A stretch of DNA of 64,000 nt from Gammaproteobacteria bacterium (GCA_965277055.1 OZ255703.1:1181695-1245694); one strand, 5' to 3'; shown: positions 37,045 through 46,117, numbered from the stretch's first letter. The notes: generated from the letters alone by a model not told the origin. Numbers and translations are program-made.

Positions 37045-37104
37045 TTAATTAAATGTTACCATATATGTGAACTTTTGTATGGAAAATTGTATTTTTAAGC
37101 ACAC

Positions 37105-38040
37105 CTAAAATAGTTTTAAAAATTGCCATGCTTCTTCTGCACTTTCTATATCTTGATTGTGACCATGTGCTTTCTTTTTCCAACTTTCAGAAACTGGTGT
37201 AAAACTTGGAACAGCGTGACCACCACCTTCAACTCTTAATAATTTTACGGCGTTTTTCTTAGCGCATCCAGTCCAAAACATAGCTACTACCTTGCTATGA
37301 TCATCTTGATTAATATCCTCTACAAATTCTACTCGTTGCCCCGTGCAACCGTGAATTAGGCGAAAATGATTCATAATTTCAGGAGTGGATACAGTGCGAC
37401 CATATGGAAATATCCAACCGTCATATGGCAAAATTGGGTCAGTAGTACTTGCAATCACCATAATGGGTATTGCTTTTTCCGATTTGCAATTAGCTAAATC
37501 ATGCTCGCTCATTGTGCCAACGATAGGTACAACAGCACTAAAGGGAGAATCTAAAAGGCAGGTTAGTTTGTATGCCATTGTTGCCCCATCTGAGATGCCA
37601 GTTAAATATATTCTATCTTTATCTACCTTACCAGATTGGATAAATATATCAACAATTCTTAGTATAAAACCTATATCATCGACTTCTTGATCATTACTTA
37701 TTGTTGTATTTGGCAATCCAGAAAATAATCCCCATTGTCCTAAATATGCCGCTGGTTGTATTACAATAAAATCATTTTTTTCTGCTGACTTGTGTAATGG
37801 CTTCCATGCAATATAATCAAGGGTTTTCTTATCTTCTTTTACCTCAGAGCTATGCCGATAACCATGTAAATGAACAACTAAAGGTACTTGTTTATTTTTT
37901 GCTGCTTCAATATTATGTACACGATATAATCGATCAACTCCTTGAAAATTGATACTCTCTACGTAACTTGAACTAGCATAAGAATTGTATGTAATGAGAG
38001 TAAAAAATAATAATAGATAAGTACCTATGGTGTTTTTCAT
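37105..38040 (-). CDS. secreted alpha/beta-hydrolase esterase (PHB-depolymerase/LpqC-like)
   Basis: Signal peptide MKNTIGTYLLLFFTLITYNSYA; LVVHLHGY and GISDG nucleophile elbow; C-terminal GGGHAVP. Confidence 0.65.
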   Translation of the reverse strand: MKNTIGTYLLLFFTLITYNSYASSSYVESINFQGVDRLYRVHNIEAAKNKQVPLVVHLHGYRHSSEVKEDKKTLDYIAWKPLHKSAEKNDFIVIQPAAYLGQWGLFSGLPNTTISNDQEVDDIGFILRIVDIFIQSGKVDKDRIYLTGISDGATMAYKLTCLLDSPFSAVVPIVGTMSEHDLANCKSEKAIPIMVIASTTDPILPYDGWIFPYGRTVSTPEIMNHFRLIHGCTGQRVEFVEDINQDDHSKVVAMFWTGCAKKNAVKLLRVEGGGHAVPSFTPVSESWKKKAHGHNQDIESAEEAWQFLKLF

Positions 38041-38053
38041 TGAATTCAACAAA

Positions 38054-38061
38054 TAAAATAT
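38054..38061. repeat. target-site duplication, left copy (TAAAATAT)
   Basis: Identical 8-mer abuts both IS ends. Confidence 0.85.
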
Positions 38062-38800
38062 GGGTCTTGACTAGTTAAGCGGTCTATTTCTTAACTCTTT
38101 AAGTAAAATATTATACATATTTTTATCTCTATTATTAAATCTAAATTCACACTCCTTAAGATGAAGCTCAAACTTAGACTTATCCATACCTCTAAACTTA
38201 GATAATCTAGTCTTAGCATAGCCCCAAAATGACTCTATACCATTAATGTGAGACTTACCACGGACAAATTCATTTGTGCCGTGGTCTACTCTTAAGTGTT
38301 TCTTATAGCCGAAGTCTACTAAACCATTATAGCCACGCCAACCATCAGAATGAATAACACTATCTAGTTCTACCTTGCCTCGTATAACCGCTTGCAGTGT
38401 AGCACTTTTGCAATTTGGTACTATTTCGGTATACACATTCCCACCACGTTTTAAAATACCAAATACAATAGTTTTACCTAAAGCTCCACGACCTCTTTTG
38501 CCTTTGACTCTTTTTGCTCCAAAGTAACTTTCATCAACCTCAACCTCCCCTTTAGGGTGAGGGGGTTGGGTTGTTGAAAGTTCTACTAACCTTTGTCTAA
38601 TAAGCAACAATATTTTGTTAATAGTGTTTCTATTGAGGTGAGTAAAGTGAGCAATTTGTTCTGCTGTTAAATCAGCACAAAAATATCTTAAAACTTCTCT
38701 AAATTTAGCCTCTGTAATTCTTGAACGATGATAATACTTGTTTTTCAATGTCATAACTAGTATTTTAAGCATTTTACAAATGCTTAACTAGTCAAGACCC
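38062..38800 (-). mobile_element. IS1595-family insertion sequence (IS1016-like size class), intact
   Basis: 739 bp. Perfect 19-bp terminal inverted repeats gggtcttgactagttaagc (38062-38080) and gcttaactagtcaagaccc (38782-38800). Single transposase ORF; 8-bp TSD. Confidence 0.9.
38071..38772 (-). CDS. IS1595-family (ISXO2-like DDE) transposase
   Basis: 233 aa; VEVDESYFG...GKTIVFGILKRGG...HSDGWRGYNGL...INGIESFWGYAKTRL pattern of the DDE_Tnp_IS1595 domain. Confidence 0.9.
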   Translation of the reverse strand: MLKILVMTLKNKYYHRSRITEAKFREVLRYFCADLTAEQIAHFTHLNRNTINKILLLIRQRLVELSTTQPPHPKGEVEVDESYFGAKRVKGKRGRGALGKTIVFGILKRGGNVYTEIVPNCKSATLQAVIRGKVELDSVIHSDGWRGYNGLVDFGYKKHLRVDHGTNEFVRGKSHINGIESFWGYAKTRLSKFRGMDKSKFELHLKECEFRFNNRDKNMYNILLKELRNRPLN

Positions 38801-38808
38801 TAAAATAT
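38801..38808. repeat. target-site duplication, right copy (TAAAATAT)
   Basis: Identical to 38054-38061. Confidence 0.85.
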
Positions 38809-38843
38809 ATACATTATATGTTAAATTCGATAATTGCAAAGAT

Positions 38844-38867
38844 TAAAAAAACCTGCTTTCGCAGGCT
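38844..38867 (-). terminator. rho-independent terminator of the cysQ / tusE-like unit
   Basis: The minus strand reads gcctgc-gaaa-gcaggt followed by a T7 run. Confidence 0.7.
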
Positions 38868-38889
38868 TTAGTGTTCGCTGTTTCTTGTA

Positions 38890-39180
38890 TTAGACACACC
38901 CCGTTGGTTGAGGTAAGCCACCATATTTGGTGATAAACTTCATAGGGCCGCCGAGGTAGGTTTGGAACATATCTTTTTTGTCTTCACCAACATATTTTGC
39001 AAAAATACGAATCGCTGGAACAGCACTATTTTCTGCAAAATATTCTCTTGCTTTTAAGATATGGTTTTTAATGGTATCAGTGATTTCAAAGTCATCTTCT
39101 TTTGCCATTTCATACATAATTTCCTCAGTCCAAATGCTTGGATCTTCAAGGTAGCCATTACTTGTTCTTGCTAGTGTCAT
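38890..39180 (-). CDS. TusE/DsrC-family protein with only the terminal cysteine
   Basis: 96 aa; ends KFITKYGGLPQPTGCV. It aligns to the DsrC arm, but the penultimate Cys position is not Cys. Confidence 0.8.
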   Translation of the reverse strand: MTLARTSNGYLEDPSIWTEEIMYEMAKEDDFEITDTIKNHILKAREYFAENSAVPAIRIFAKYVGEDKKDMFQTYLGGPMKFITKYGGLPQPTGCV

Positions 39181-39258
39181 GATAAACTATGATAAAAATA
39201 AACTCCCCATTATACACTAAGTATATACCCTAGTAAAATACTTGGGTATTATGTATTA

Positions 39259-40053
39259 CTAATCTCTTGGCAAAATGAAATTACCAGTAGCAAAGAATAC
39301 TGGACTAATGAAATCTGATTTAGTGTTATAGAGTAATTGATTGCCGTTATAGTCTATGACATTCCCTCCAGCAGATTTAAGAATAAATGCACCTGCTGCG
39401 GTATCCCATTCTGAGCATGTACCTAGTCCTGGGTAATAATCATATTGTCCATCAGCTATGAGACAAAATTTCAAAGCACTCCCCATGCCAGTAATATCAT
39501 AATTCATTGATTTTGTACTGGTGAGTATATGATGTTTGATTTTTGATTTATCTACTGAATACTTACCTACAATCACCTTGAGTGGTTTGCTTGGTTTTTG
39601 TGCGTTAAGTGGTTGCCAATCATTATTAATAATTTTAAACGCTGCTGACGAACTATTAGCAATATAGTGTGTCTTAGTCATTGGTGCATAAATTAAGCCA
39701 AAAATCGGCTGGTTATACTTAATATATGATAAACAAATGCAGAAGTCATTGGATTTATTGATAAATCCTTTAGTACCATCAATGGGGTCAATCATCCAAA
39801 ATTCATTCCATTCTTTGCGCACTGTAAGAGGAATAAGACAATCTTCTTCAGAAATGATCGGAATATTTGGGGTGATAGTTTGTAAGCCTTTCACAATAAT
39901 AGTGTGTGACAATATGTCTGCTTCGGTAATTAACGTGCCATCATTTTTACGGCTTATTTCAATATTACTGTTTCCATATAACGGCAAAATACTATCTCCT
40001 GCATTAATTGTTAATGATAGAAGATCTTTGAGTATTTGTTCGTTAAACACCAT
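39259..40053 (-). CDS. cysQ: 3'(2'),5'-bisphosphate nucleotidase
   Basis: 264 aa; WMIDPIDGTKGF, GSALKFCLIADGQYDYYPGLGTCSEWDTAAG closely parallels E. coli CysQ motifs. Confidence 0.85.
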   Translation of the reverse strand: MVFNEQILKDLLSLTINAGDSILPLYGNSNIEISRKNDGTLITEADILSHTIIVKGLQTITPNIPIISEEDCLIPLTVRKEWNEFWMIDPIDGTKGFINKSNDFCICLSYIKYNQPIFGLIYAPMTKTHYIANSSSAAFKIINNDWQPLNAQKPSKPLKVIVGKYSVDKSKIKHHILTSTKSMNYDITGMGSALKFCLIADGQYDYYPGLGTCSEWDTAAGAFILKSAGGNVIDYNGNQLLYNTKSDFISPVFFATGNFILPRD

Positions 40054-40074
40054 TAGAGTATTTGAAAAAAGTAA

Positions 40075-40500
40075 TTATATAAACCATTTATGGACCTCAC
40101 TATTATCAGTAAATGAAGCTATAGCAACATTATAACGGATATGCTTGGTTTGAATGCCTATTGTCACGCTAGACTCTGATTTTTCTTTGCTGCGTCTTGC
40201 TAAAGTTTTAGCAGTTGTAGCAAAATATTCATCTGTTAGTTGCTCCGTGTCACCCTCTATCAAGGCGATTGAATCAGAATGAGATACAGGAAATAAGTAT
40301 ACATATTGATTTTGGTAGTTAGTCATAAACCTTAGTTTAGAACCATCTCTGGTAGTAATGAACTTGGAATACGGTTTTGGTCGCATGCCTTTGTTTACTT
40401 TAAACATGATTAAATTATCAAGTTCATATGTTTTTTCAGCTTTGGTTTGCCACATATCTGCCAGTGCATTTGAGTATGTTTTATCAGTGAGAAACAACAC
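40075..40500 (-). CDS. hypothetical protein (141 aa, GTG start; possibly 5'-frameshifted)
   Basis: ORF only. A 16-codon ATG ORF (40534-40484, MTKKQYHLFLAGVVSH) in another frame overlaps its start. Confidence 0.45.
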   Translation of the reverse strand: MLFLTDKTYSNALADMWQTKAEKTYELDNLIMFKVNKGMRPKPYSKFITTRDGSKLRFMTNYQNQYVYLFPVSHSDSIALIEGDTEQLTDEYFATTAKTLARRSKEKSESSVTIGIQTKHIRYNVAIASFTDNSEVHKWFI

Positions 40501-40571
40501 CCGCTAGAAATAAGTGATACTGCTTTTTAGTCATATCTCATCATCTATTGTAATCTTTCGTTATTATGAAA

Positions 40572-41066
40572 TTATTCATAACTGCCAGATTCTTCGAGTT
40601 TTTGAAAAAAAGTTTCGTGAGAGATATAATGACTCCCATCGCAGGAAAAATTCATAGAAATCATGCCATTAATGCGGTTTATGGAGCCACTACGAAGGTA
40701 AATTTGTTCATCAGAAAGCCTGAGGTTGGTAAATTCATTCAAAGCGATGGGAAGTTGCTCTTTGCTAATTGGCACATTTCTGCTTTCATAAGACAGAGGT
40801 GGCAACTGAGTTAAAAACTCAGCAGTAAATACTTCATCTAGGAGGTATACCTTATAGTTAAACGGATCATCATAAAACCAACAGGTAAGCTGAGAAGAGG
40901 AGTAATGAGCCTTCACATGAAATGCACCTTTTTCTACTAGTAATGTAGTAATAATTTCATGTAACTGCGTAATGCGGTCATCAAATTGACTTTTATTTCG
41001 CGTTTGCTGAAATAAGAATTTCCGAACCGAAGGATCTCCTTTTATTTGTAGCCATCTATTAGGCAT
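40572..41066 (-). CDS. hypothetical protein (164 aa)
   Basis: ORF only; no family recognised. Confidence 0.55.
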   Translation of the reverse strand: MPNRWLQIKGDPSVRKFLFQQTRNKSQFDDRITQLHEIITTLLVEKGAFHVKAHYSSSQLTCWFYDDPFNYKVYLLDEVFTAEFLTQLPPLSYESRNVPISKEQLPIALNEFTNLRLSDEQIYLRSGSINRINGMISMNFSCDGSHYISHETFFQKLEESGSYE

Positions 41067-41086
41067 ATACCTCCTTTATTTGTATC

Positions 41087-41959
41087 TTAATGTTTTCGTA
41101 TAGCATAAATACACGCCCAGTCACCCATTGTCTGAACTATTATATCTTTATATAGTGGCTCATAGCAGGTTATCACTTCAGTAACTTGTTCAGTTAGGAT
41201 ACCTGAAAGAATTATTTCTCCATTTGGGACAGTGCGTCTACTGATAATCGGGTAAAGCTCAATGAGTGTGGGTGCCAAAATGTTAGCAATAATTATATCA
41301 AATTTCGCTGTTTCTGAAAGTTCTTCATACCTACCTATATTAAGATCACATGTATTAGTAGTACTATTATGGTGAGTAGCAGTTATAGCTTGAGGGTCAT
41401 TATCAATCGCAAATACCGCACTCGCCCCTAATTTTGCAGCAGCAATGGCTAAGATACCACTCCCACAACCAAAATCCAATACTGTTTTATGGTTGATATC
41501 ATGTGTTGCGAGATGTTCTAAACACAAATGTGTTGTTTCATGTGCACCAGTGCCAAATGCCATCCCAGGGTCAAGATGAATAACTACCCCATTGAGATGA
41601 CTTGCATCTTCCCATGAAGGACACACCCATAATGCATTGCCATATTGGGTGAGACTAAAGTTTTTATTACACTCTTCTTGCCAATTGGTATCTGGGATTT
41701 CTACCCAAGTAGGCAATAGGTTAAATTCATCAGTAATATAGGCAGATATAGAGGTAGTATCGCACTCATAGGCAAATAATGCGTTAATCTGTACCTCCTC
41801 CCATAGAGGAGTAGTGGCTACTGGAGGTTCATAGATAGGACTATCTTTTGGATCACTCATATCAATACTTAGTGCACCAAGTCCTATGAGCACCTCTTCC
41901 ATCAGGAGTGCCTGAGACTGTGTAGTTGTGAGTTGTAGTTGGAGATACGACATGCTCAC
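41087..41959 (-). CDS. prmA: ribosomal protein L11 methyltransferase
   Basis: 290 aa; LDPGMAFGTGAHETT and VLDFGCGSGILAIAAAKLGA SAM motifs. Confidence 0.9.
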   Translation of the reverse strand: MSMSYLQLQLTTTQSQALLMEEVLIGLGALSIDMSDPKDSPIYEPPVATTPLWEEVQINALFAYECDTTSISAYITDEFNLLPTWVEIPDTNWQEECNKNFSLTQYGNALWVCPSWEDASHLNGVVIHLDPGMAFGTGAHETTHLCLEHLATHDINHKTVLDFGCGSGILAIAAAKLGASAVFAIDNDPQAITATHHNSTTNTCDLNIGRYEELSETAKFDIIIANILAPTLIELYPIISRRTVPNGEIILSGILTEQVTEVITCYEPLYKDIIVQTMGDWACIYAIRKH

Positions 41960-41961
41960 AC

Positions 41962-42909
41962 TTATTGAAATTCTAAGGCGTGCTTTTTAATGAGAAGTTG
42001 GGCACCTAATCTAGAAAACTCTTCAAATAAGGTCATCGGGGGCTCAAATAAAATTCGCGTAGGAGTGCCGATAATCTCATTAGCTACCATATAACTATCA
42101 CCAAACCCATCTATTAGTCCCAATTCTTTAGCGTCATCACCCACCCAAATTAAGCCACTAAATAAGTCTTCAGTATCTGCAAGTTTATCTTTTCTGCCAG
42201 TTTTTACTGCTTGAATAAATTCTTCATGAGTAGGTTTTAAGATGTGCTCCTTAATATATGCTACATGTTCTGGGTTTTCGGCACTAAACATATCAAGCAG
42301 AGCTTTATTGTCACCGGCAGTGTAGATTCTTCGTTCAATACCTAATTCTTTCATGGCTTCATGCACACCAAAGCTATTAATCACTACCCCAATACTACCC
42401 ACAATAGAGGATTTATTCGCATAAATTCCATCAGCACTACTCGCAATATAATAACACCCAGAAGCACAAATCTCCTCGATGACCACATAGATTTTCTTTT
42501 GGTATTCTGCTCTTAGGCGCTCTATATGAGTTGCGATATTAGCAGCCTGTACTGGAGAGCCTCCCCCAGAATTGAGGCGAAGAATAACCGCCACAGAGTT
42601 AGGATGGCTAAATGCTTGTTCTAATAAGGTGTTTGCATCATCAGTGTTAATTGCTCCATCATTAGCAATAGTACCAGAGAGCTTTATCTCTGCCACAAAA
42701 GGAGACTCTTCTAGTAAGGTATCTTCTAGTAATGAACTTTGGCTTAAGGTAAAGTATGTTATGGCAACAATATAGCCTGCAATAAGTAGAAAAATGATAA
42801 ATCGTCTGCGGGATGCTCGTTTATTTTGCCGAATAAATTCACCAGCAATATCGGCTAATTGTTGTTCGCTAGTTTTGACTTCAGGCTCTTTTTTCTTCTT
42901 GAAAAACAT
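41962..42909 (-). CDS. sppA: signal peptide peptidase SppA, 36K type (S49)
   Basis: 315 aa; N-terminal anchor, LNSGGGSPVQA and ASGCYYIASSAD motifs. Confidence 0.85.
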   Translation of the reverse strand: MFFKKKKEPEVKTSEQQLADIAGEFIRQNKRASRRRFIIFLLIAGYIVAITYFTLSQSSLLEDTLLEESPFVAEIKLSGTIANDGAINTDDANTLLEQAFSHPNSVAVILRLNSGGGSPVQAANIATHIERLRAEYQKKIYVVIEEICASGCYYIASSADGIYANKSSIVGSIGVVINSFGVHEAMKELGIERRIYTAGDNKALLDMFSAENPEHVAYIKEHILKPTHEEFIQAVKTGRKDKLADTEDLFSGLIWVGDDAKELGLIDGFGDSYMVANEIIGTPTRILFEPPMTLFEEFSRLGAQLLIKKHALEFQ

Positions 42910-42922
42910 TATAATAGTTCCT

Positions 42923-43531
42923 ATGTTAGATGTCGCTAATGTCTCTTGCCAAAAGGGATTTAATATTTTATTTTCGCAGTTGTCATTTTACCTGAAGGCG
43001 GGTGAAATAGGCAGAGTTAGCGGAGCGAATGGTCGGGGCAAGACCTCCTTACTTAAAATTTTAGCAGGTATTAGTTCTTTTGAAGGCAATATTGCATTTG
43101 CTCAGGCACCTATTGGTACTGATGAATATAAAGAGCAGATACTCTATATTGGACATCAGAGTCTAGTGAACCCACAATTAAGTGTACTAGAAAACCTTAT
43201 ATTTCTACACTCTCTGGTAGATAGTGGTGAACATGCTACACCTACCTCACGTACAACATATACTAAGGCTCTTAATAAAGTAGGGCTTGCAGGTTATATT
43301 AATGAACGCACCCATACGCTTTCAGCGGGGCAAAAACGACGTATTATTTTGGCAATATTATTTATTACCAATACTAAACTTTGGTTATTAGATGAGCCAT
43401 TTACTGCACTTGATGTAGATATGGTAGTACTGTTAGAACAGCGTATTCGTGAGTTTTGTCATGGCGGGGGAGTATGTGTGTTTACCACGCATCAGGCAAC
43501 AACTCTTGATGCCAAGCAGATTGAGTTATGA
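42923..43531 (+). CDS. ccmA: haem exporter ATP-binding protein CcmA
   Basis: GANGRGKTSLLKILAG Walker A, LSAGQKRR signature, LWLLDEP Walker B. The track ORF start at 42794 overlaps sppA, so ATG 42923 is used. Confidence 0.85.
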   Translation: MLDVANVSCQKGFNILFSQLSFYLKAGEIGRVSGANGRGKTSLLKILAGISSFEGNIAFAQAPIGTDEYKEQILYIGHQSLVNPQLSVLENLIFLHSLVDSGEHATPTSRTTYTKALNKVGLAGYINERTHTLSAGQKRRIILAILFITNTKLWLLDEPFTALDVDMVVLLEQRIREFCHGGGVCVFTTHQATTLDAKQIEL

Positions 43532-44193
43532 AAATATTTCTACACACCATACATAGAGATATGCGGATTGCCTTTCGCACTCCAGCCATGCTTTTAAACC
43601 CATTATTTTTCTTTATTATCACCACAAGCCTATTTCCTCTAGCGATTAGTCCAGAAGCTTCTGTACTCCAACCTATTGCAGTAGGGGTGATTTGGGTGCT
43701 AGTTATTCTTTCGGTACTGCTGACATTAGGAACATTATTTACTCATGACTTTGAGAGTGGTCTTTTAGAGCAAATGGTTATTTCTGGACAATCAGGAATA
43801 ATGATTATGCTCGCTAAAGCGTGTACTCACTTTATCTTGACTGGTGCGCCTATTATCCTACTTACACCTATATTTGGTATGTTGTTATTTATTAATAGTA
43901 GTGACCTTGGAGTGTTACTACTGAGCTTGTTGCTTACTACTCCGACTTTAAGCCTTATTGGGGTAATTGGTGCGAGCTTAACTGCTGGGCTAAAGCATTC
44001 TGGGTTATTATTATTTTTAATTATTTTACCGCTGTATATTCCCTTACTAATTTTTGCTTCAAGCACTGTCTATAACGCTAACATTGGTTTAGATATCAGC
44101 GGGAGCATATATTTTTTAGCGACTATGCTAGTCTTAATGTTGATGCTCTCACCTATAGTGAGTCAGTATGCATTGCGTTCTTCATTGCAATAA
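43528..44193 (+). CDS. ccmB: haem exporter membrane protein CcmB
   Basis: 221 aa, 6 hydrophobic helices, ATGA overlap with ccmA, FESGLLEQ motif. Confidence 0.85.
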   Translation: MKIFLHTIHRDMRIAFRTPAMLLNPLFFFIITTSLFPLAISPEASVLQPIAVGVIWVLVILSVLLTLGTLFTHDFESGLLEQMVISGQSGIMIMLAKACTHFILTGAPIILLTPIFGMLLFINSSDLGVLLLSLLLTTPTLSLIGVIGASLTAGLKHSGLLLFLIILPLYIPLLIFASSTVYNANIGLDISGSIYFLATMLVLMLMLSPIVSQYALRSSLQ

Positions 44194-44205
44194 GTTATTT
44201 TTCTT

Positions 44206-44826
44206 ATGAGTTTTAGTGAATGGTTGCTTCTTCTAAGTGCTTGCTTAGTTATTAGTATTTCTCCCGGTCCAGGGGCACTTATTTCTATGCGTCAAGGTAT
44301 TCGATTTGGACCTGCATTCGCACTTTATACCGTATTAGGTTTACAAATTGGAGTACTCTTTCAAATTGGTATTATCTTTTTTGGTATTGGGGTGATTATC
44401 TTATCATCTACTGTGTTATTTAAGGCTGTGACACTACTTGGAGCAGTGTATTTATGCGTACTCGGTATCCGCCAAATTTGGTACTCAAAACAACATACAC
44501 TCATCACCGAAGCATCAACTGAGCATAACTCCAAGCGAGTGCTACACACGATAGTAAATGCTGTGATTATTGACAGCACTAATATCAAAGGCATGGTCTT
44601 GTTTTTAGCACTATTTTCCCAATTTATTTCTGGCGATACCACCTATACTGACTACGGTATTATTACCTTTACTATTATCATAGTAGATGCACTTATTATG
44701 TGTATGTATGCACTCTTTGCCGCAAAATTAAGAATTTTTTTGCAGTCTGCTAAGCAAATGCAAGTGTTTAATATCATTACTGGTTGTTTATTTATTCTAC
44801 TAGCACTCTTATTAGTCATCACGTAA
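44206..44826 (+). CDS. LysE/RhtB-family amino-acid exporter
   Basis: 206 aa; N-terminal SPGPGAL motif; about 6 helices. Confidence 0.8.
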   Translation: MSFSEWLLLLSACLVISISPGPGALISMRQGIRFGPAFALYTVLGLQIGVLFQIGIIFFGIGVIILSSTVLFKAVTLLGAVYLCVLGIRQIWYSKQHTLITEASTEHNSKRVLHTIVNAVIIDSTNIKGMVLFLALFSQFISGDTTYTDYGIITFTIIIVDALIMCMYALFAAKLRIFLQSAKQMQVFNIITGCLFILLALLLVIT

Positions 44827-44846
44827 AATACAGTTATTCAAGTATT

Positions 44847-45248
44847 ATGGCTATTATGGACGACCTAAAAGAACTGTTTGAATCGAATTGCTCTACAAAT
44901 TCAGAGCCATTTGCGTTGCAAAACCTTGGTATTATGATGGAGCCTGAGTTTAGTGAAAACTGTATTATTATCATTGACCCCGGTATGCAACTTCATAATC
45001 TTGCATATGCAGTGGTAGAATACGAGGAAGAGTTATATTTTCGTCAATATATAGAGCGGGGAAATGAGAAGTTTTTGGTGTGTTTGAATCAATCTTTTCC
45101 TGAAATTGAATTAATAGGGCATTTTGAACACAGAGGGTGTGTGATTCAGCAAAAGCAACGCAAACAAAAGCCTCTTCATTATTATCATCTGAATACCGAA
45201 ACCAAAGTACTAGACTTTACTCCACAAGGAAAAATAAAAACGCATTAA
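44847..45248 (+). CDS. S24 (LexA/CI C-terminal)-like domain protein with substituted catalytic residues
   Basis: GIMMEPEFSENCIIIIDPG...YAVVEYEEELYFRQYI...FLVCLNQSFPEIEL follows the S24 fold pattern, but Met sits where the nucleophile Ser is expected. No HTH domain. Confidence 0.55.
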   Translation: MAIMDDLKELFESNCSTNSEPFALQNLGIMMEPEFSENCIIIIDPGMQLHNLAYAVVEYEEELYFRQYIERGNEKFLVCLNQSFPEIELIGHFEHRGCVIQQKQRKQKPLHYYHLNTETKVLDFTPQGKIKTH

Positions 45249-45261
45249 CAAATAAGCAATT

Positions 45262-45480
45262 ATGGATAAAAAACTACATTTCTACTTTAGTTTAACGATG
45301 ACTACGGTTATGGTCACTATCATGTCATTTATTGTAACTGTAGTTAATATTGGTATTAATGAGCACTTATTAGGAGCATGGCTATCAAGTTTATGGGTGG
45401 CATGGTTATGTGCATTTCCAATTATTTATTTTCTTTCTCCGGTGATTCGTAAGCAAGTAACCAAGTGGGTAACGGGTTAA
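45262..45480 (+). CDS. DUF2798-like small membrane protein
   Basis: 72 aa, two helices; the FSLTMTTVMVTIMSFIVTVVNIG...WLSSLWVAWLCAFPII pattern resembles DUF2798. Confidence 0.55.
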   Translation: MDKKLHFYFSLTMTTVMVTIMSFIVTVVNIGINEHLLGAWLSSLWVAWLCAFPIIYFLSPVIRKQVTKWVTG

Positions 45481-45503
45481 TATTTCAATAGTTCAATACA
45501 CAT

Positions 45504-45532
45504 AAAAAAGACCGCGAAAGCGGTCTTTTTTC
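45504..45532. terminator. bidirectional rho-independent terminator
   Basis: aagaccgc-gaaa-gcggtctt with flanking A6 and T6 runs, between convergent genes. Confidence 0.8.
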
Positions 45533-45550
45533 TTGTAAAGAGCAGCAATA

Positions 45551-45712
45551 TTATTTAATTTTTGCTTCTTTATACATTACGTGTTTACGTACTACCGGAT
45601 CAAACTTTTTCACCTCTACTTTTTCTGGATGAAGTCTTTTGTTTTTGGTAGTGGTATAAAAGTGACCAGTTTCAGCACTTGATACCAATTTAATTTTTTC
45701 TCTAATTGCCAT
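45551..45712 (-). CDS. rpmG: 50S ribosomal protein L33
   Basis: Below the track cut-off. Reverse translation: [53 protein letters not shown]. Confidence 0.92.
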   Translation of the reverse strand: MAIREKIKLVSSAETGHFYTTTKNKRLHPEKVEVKKFDPVVRKHVMYKEAKIK

Positions 45713-45727
45713 GATTAACTCCTTGGA

Positions 45728-45964
45728 TTAAATTTTTTCACCGTTGGCACGCAGCTCAGCTAACACTGCATCAATACCTTTTTTATCAATAATGCGTAAG
45801 CCTTTAGCGCTAATTTTTAATTTTATAAAGCGACTTTCACTTGCAACCCAAAAACGATGAGTGTGTAAATTAGGGTAAAAACGACGCTTGGTTTTGTTGT
45901 GTGCATGTGACACATTATTTCCCGAAATTGGTTTTTTGCCAGTTACTTGACATACTTTAGCCAT
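45728..45964 (-). CDS. rpmB: 50S ribosomal protein L28
   Basis: 78 aa; [29 protein letters not shown]. Confidence 0.95.
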   Translation of the reverse strand: MAKVCQVTGKKPISGNNVSHAHNKTKRRFYPNLHTHRFWVASESRFIKLKISAKGLRIIDKKGIDAVLAELRANGEKI

Positions 45965-46117
45965 ATCTGAGGTTTATTTTGTAAAAACGCATAATTATAC
46001 TGTATCTAACATTTTAATACTACAAATTACGATGCTTTTTGTAAATCACTTGGCAAATTTTACGATATATGGGTATAATTCATCATTTGTATTGTGTGAG
46101 TAAGCACATACCAGATC

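Noticed and set aside
38809-38829. dif-like sequence (..cattatATGTTAAAT) near xerD-type half-site consensus, right beside the IS
   Set aside because: Only the XerD-arm 9-10 nt match the TTATGTTAAAT consensus, and the XerC arm (..GCGCATAA) is absent. An AT-rich 9-mer is expected by chance in 64 kb.
42794-42922. Upstream extension of ccmA given in the ORF track
   Set aside because: It overlaps the sppA 5' end on the other strand and encodes no ABC-type sequence. The conserved protein starts at ATG 42923.
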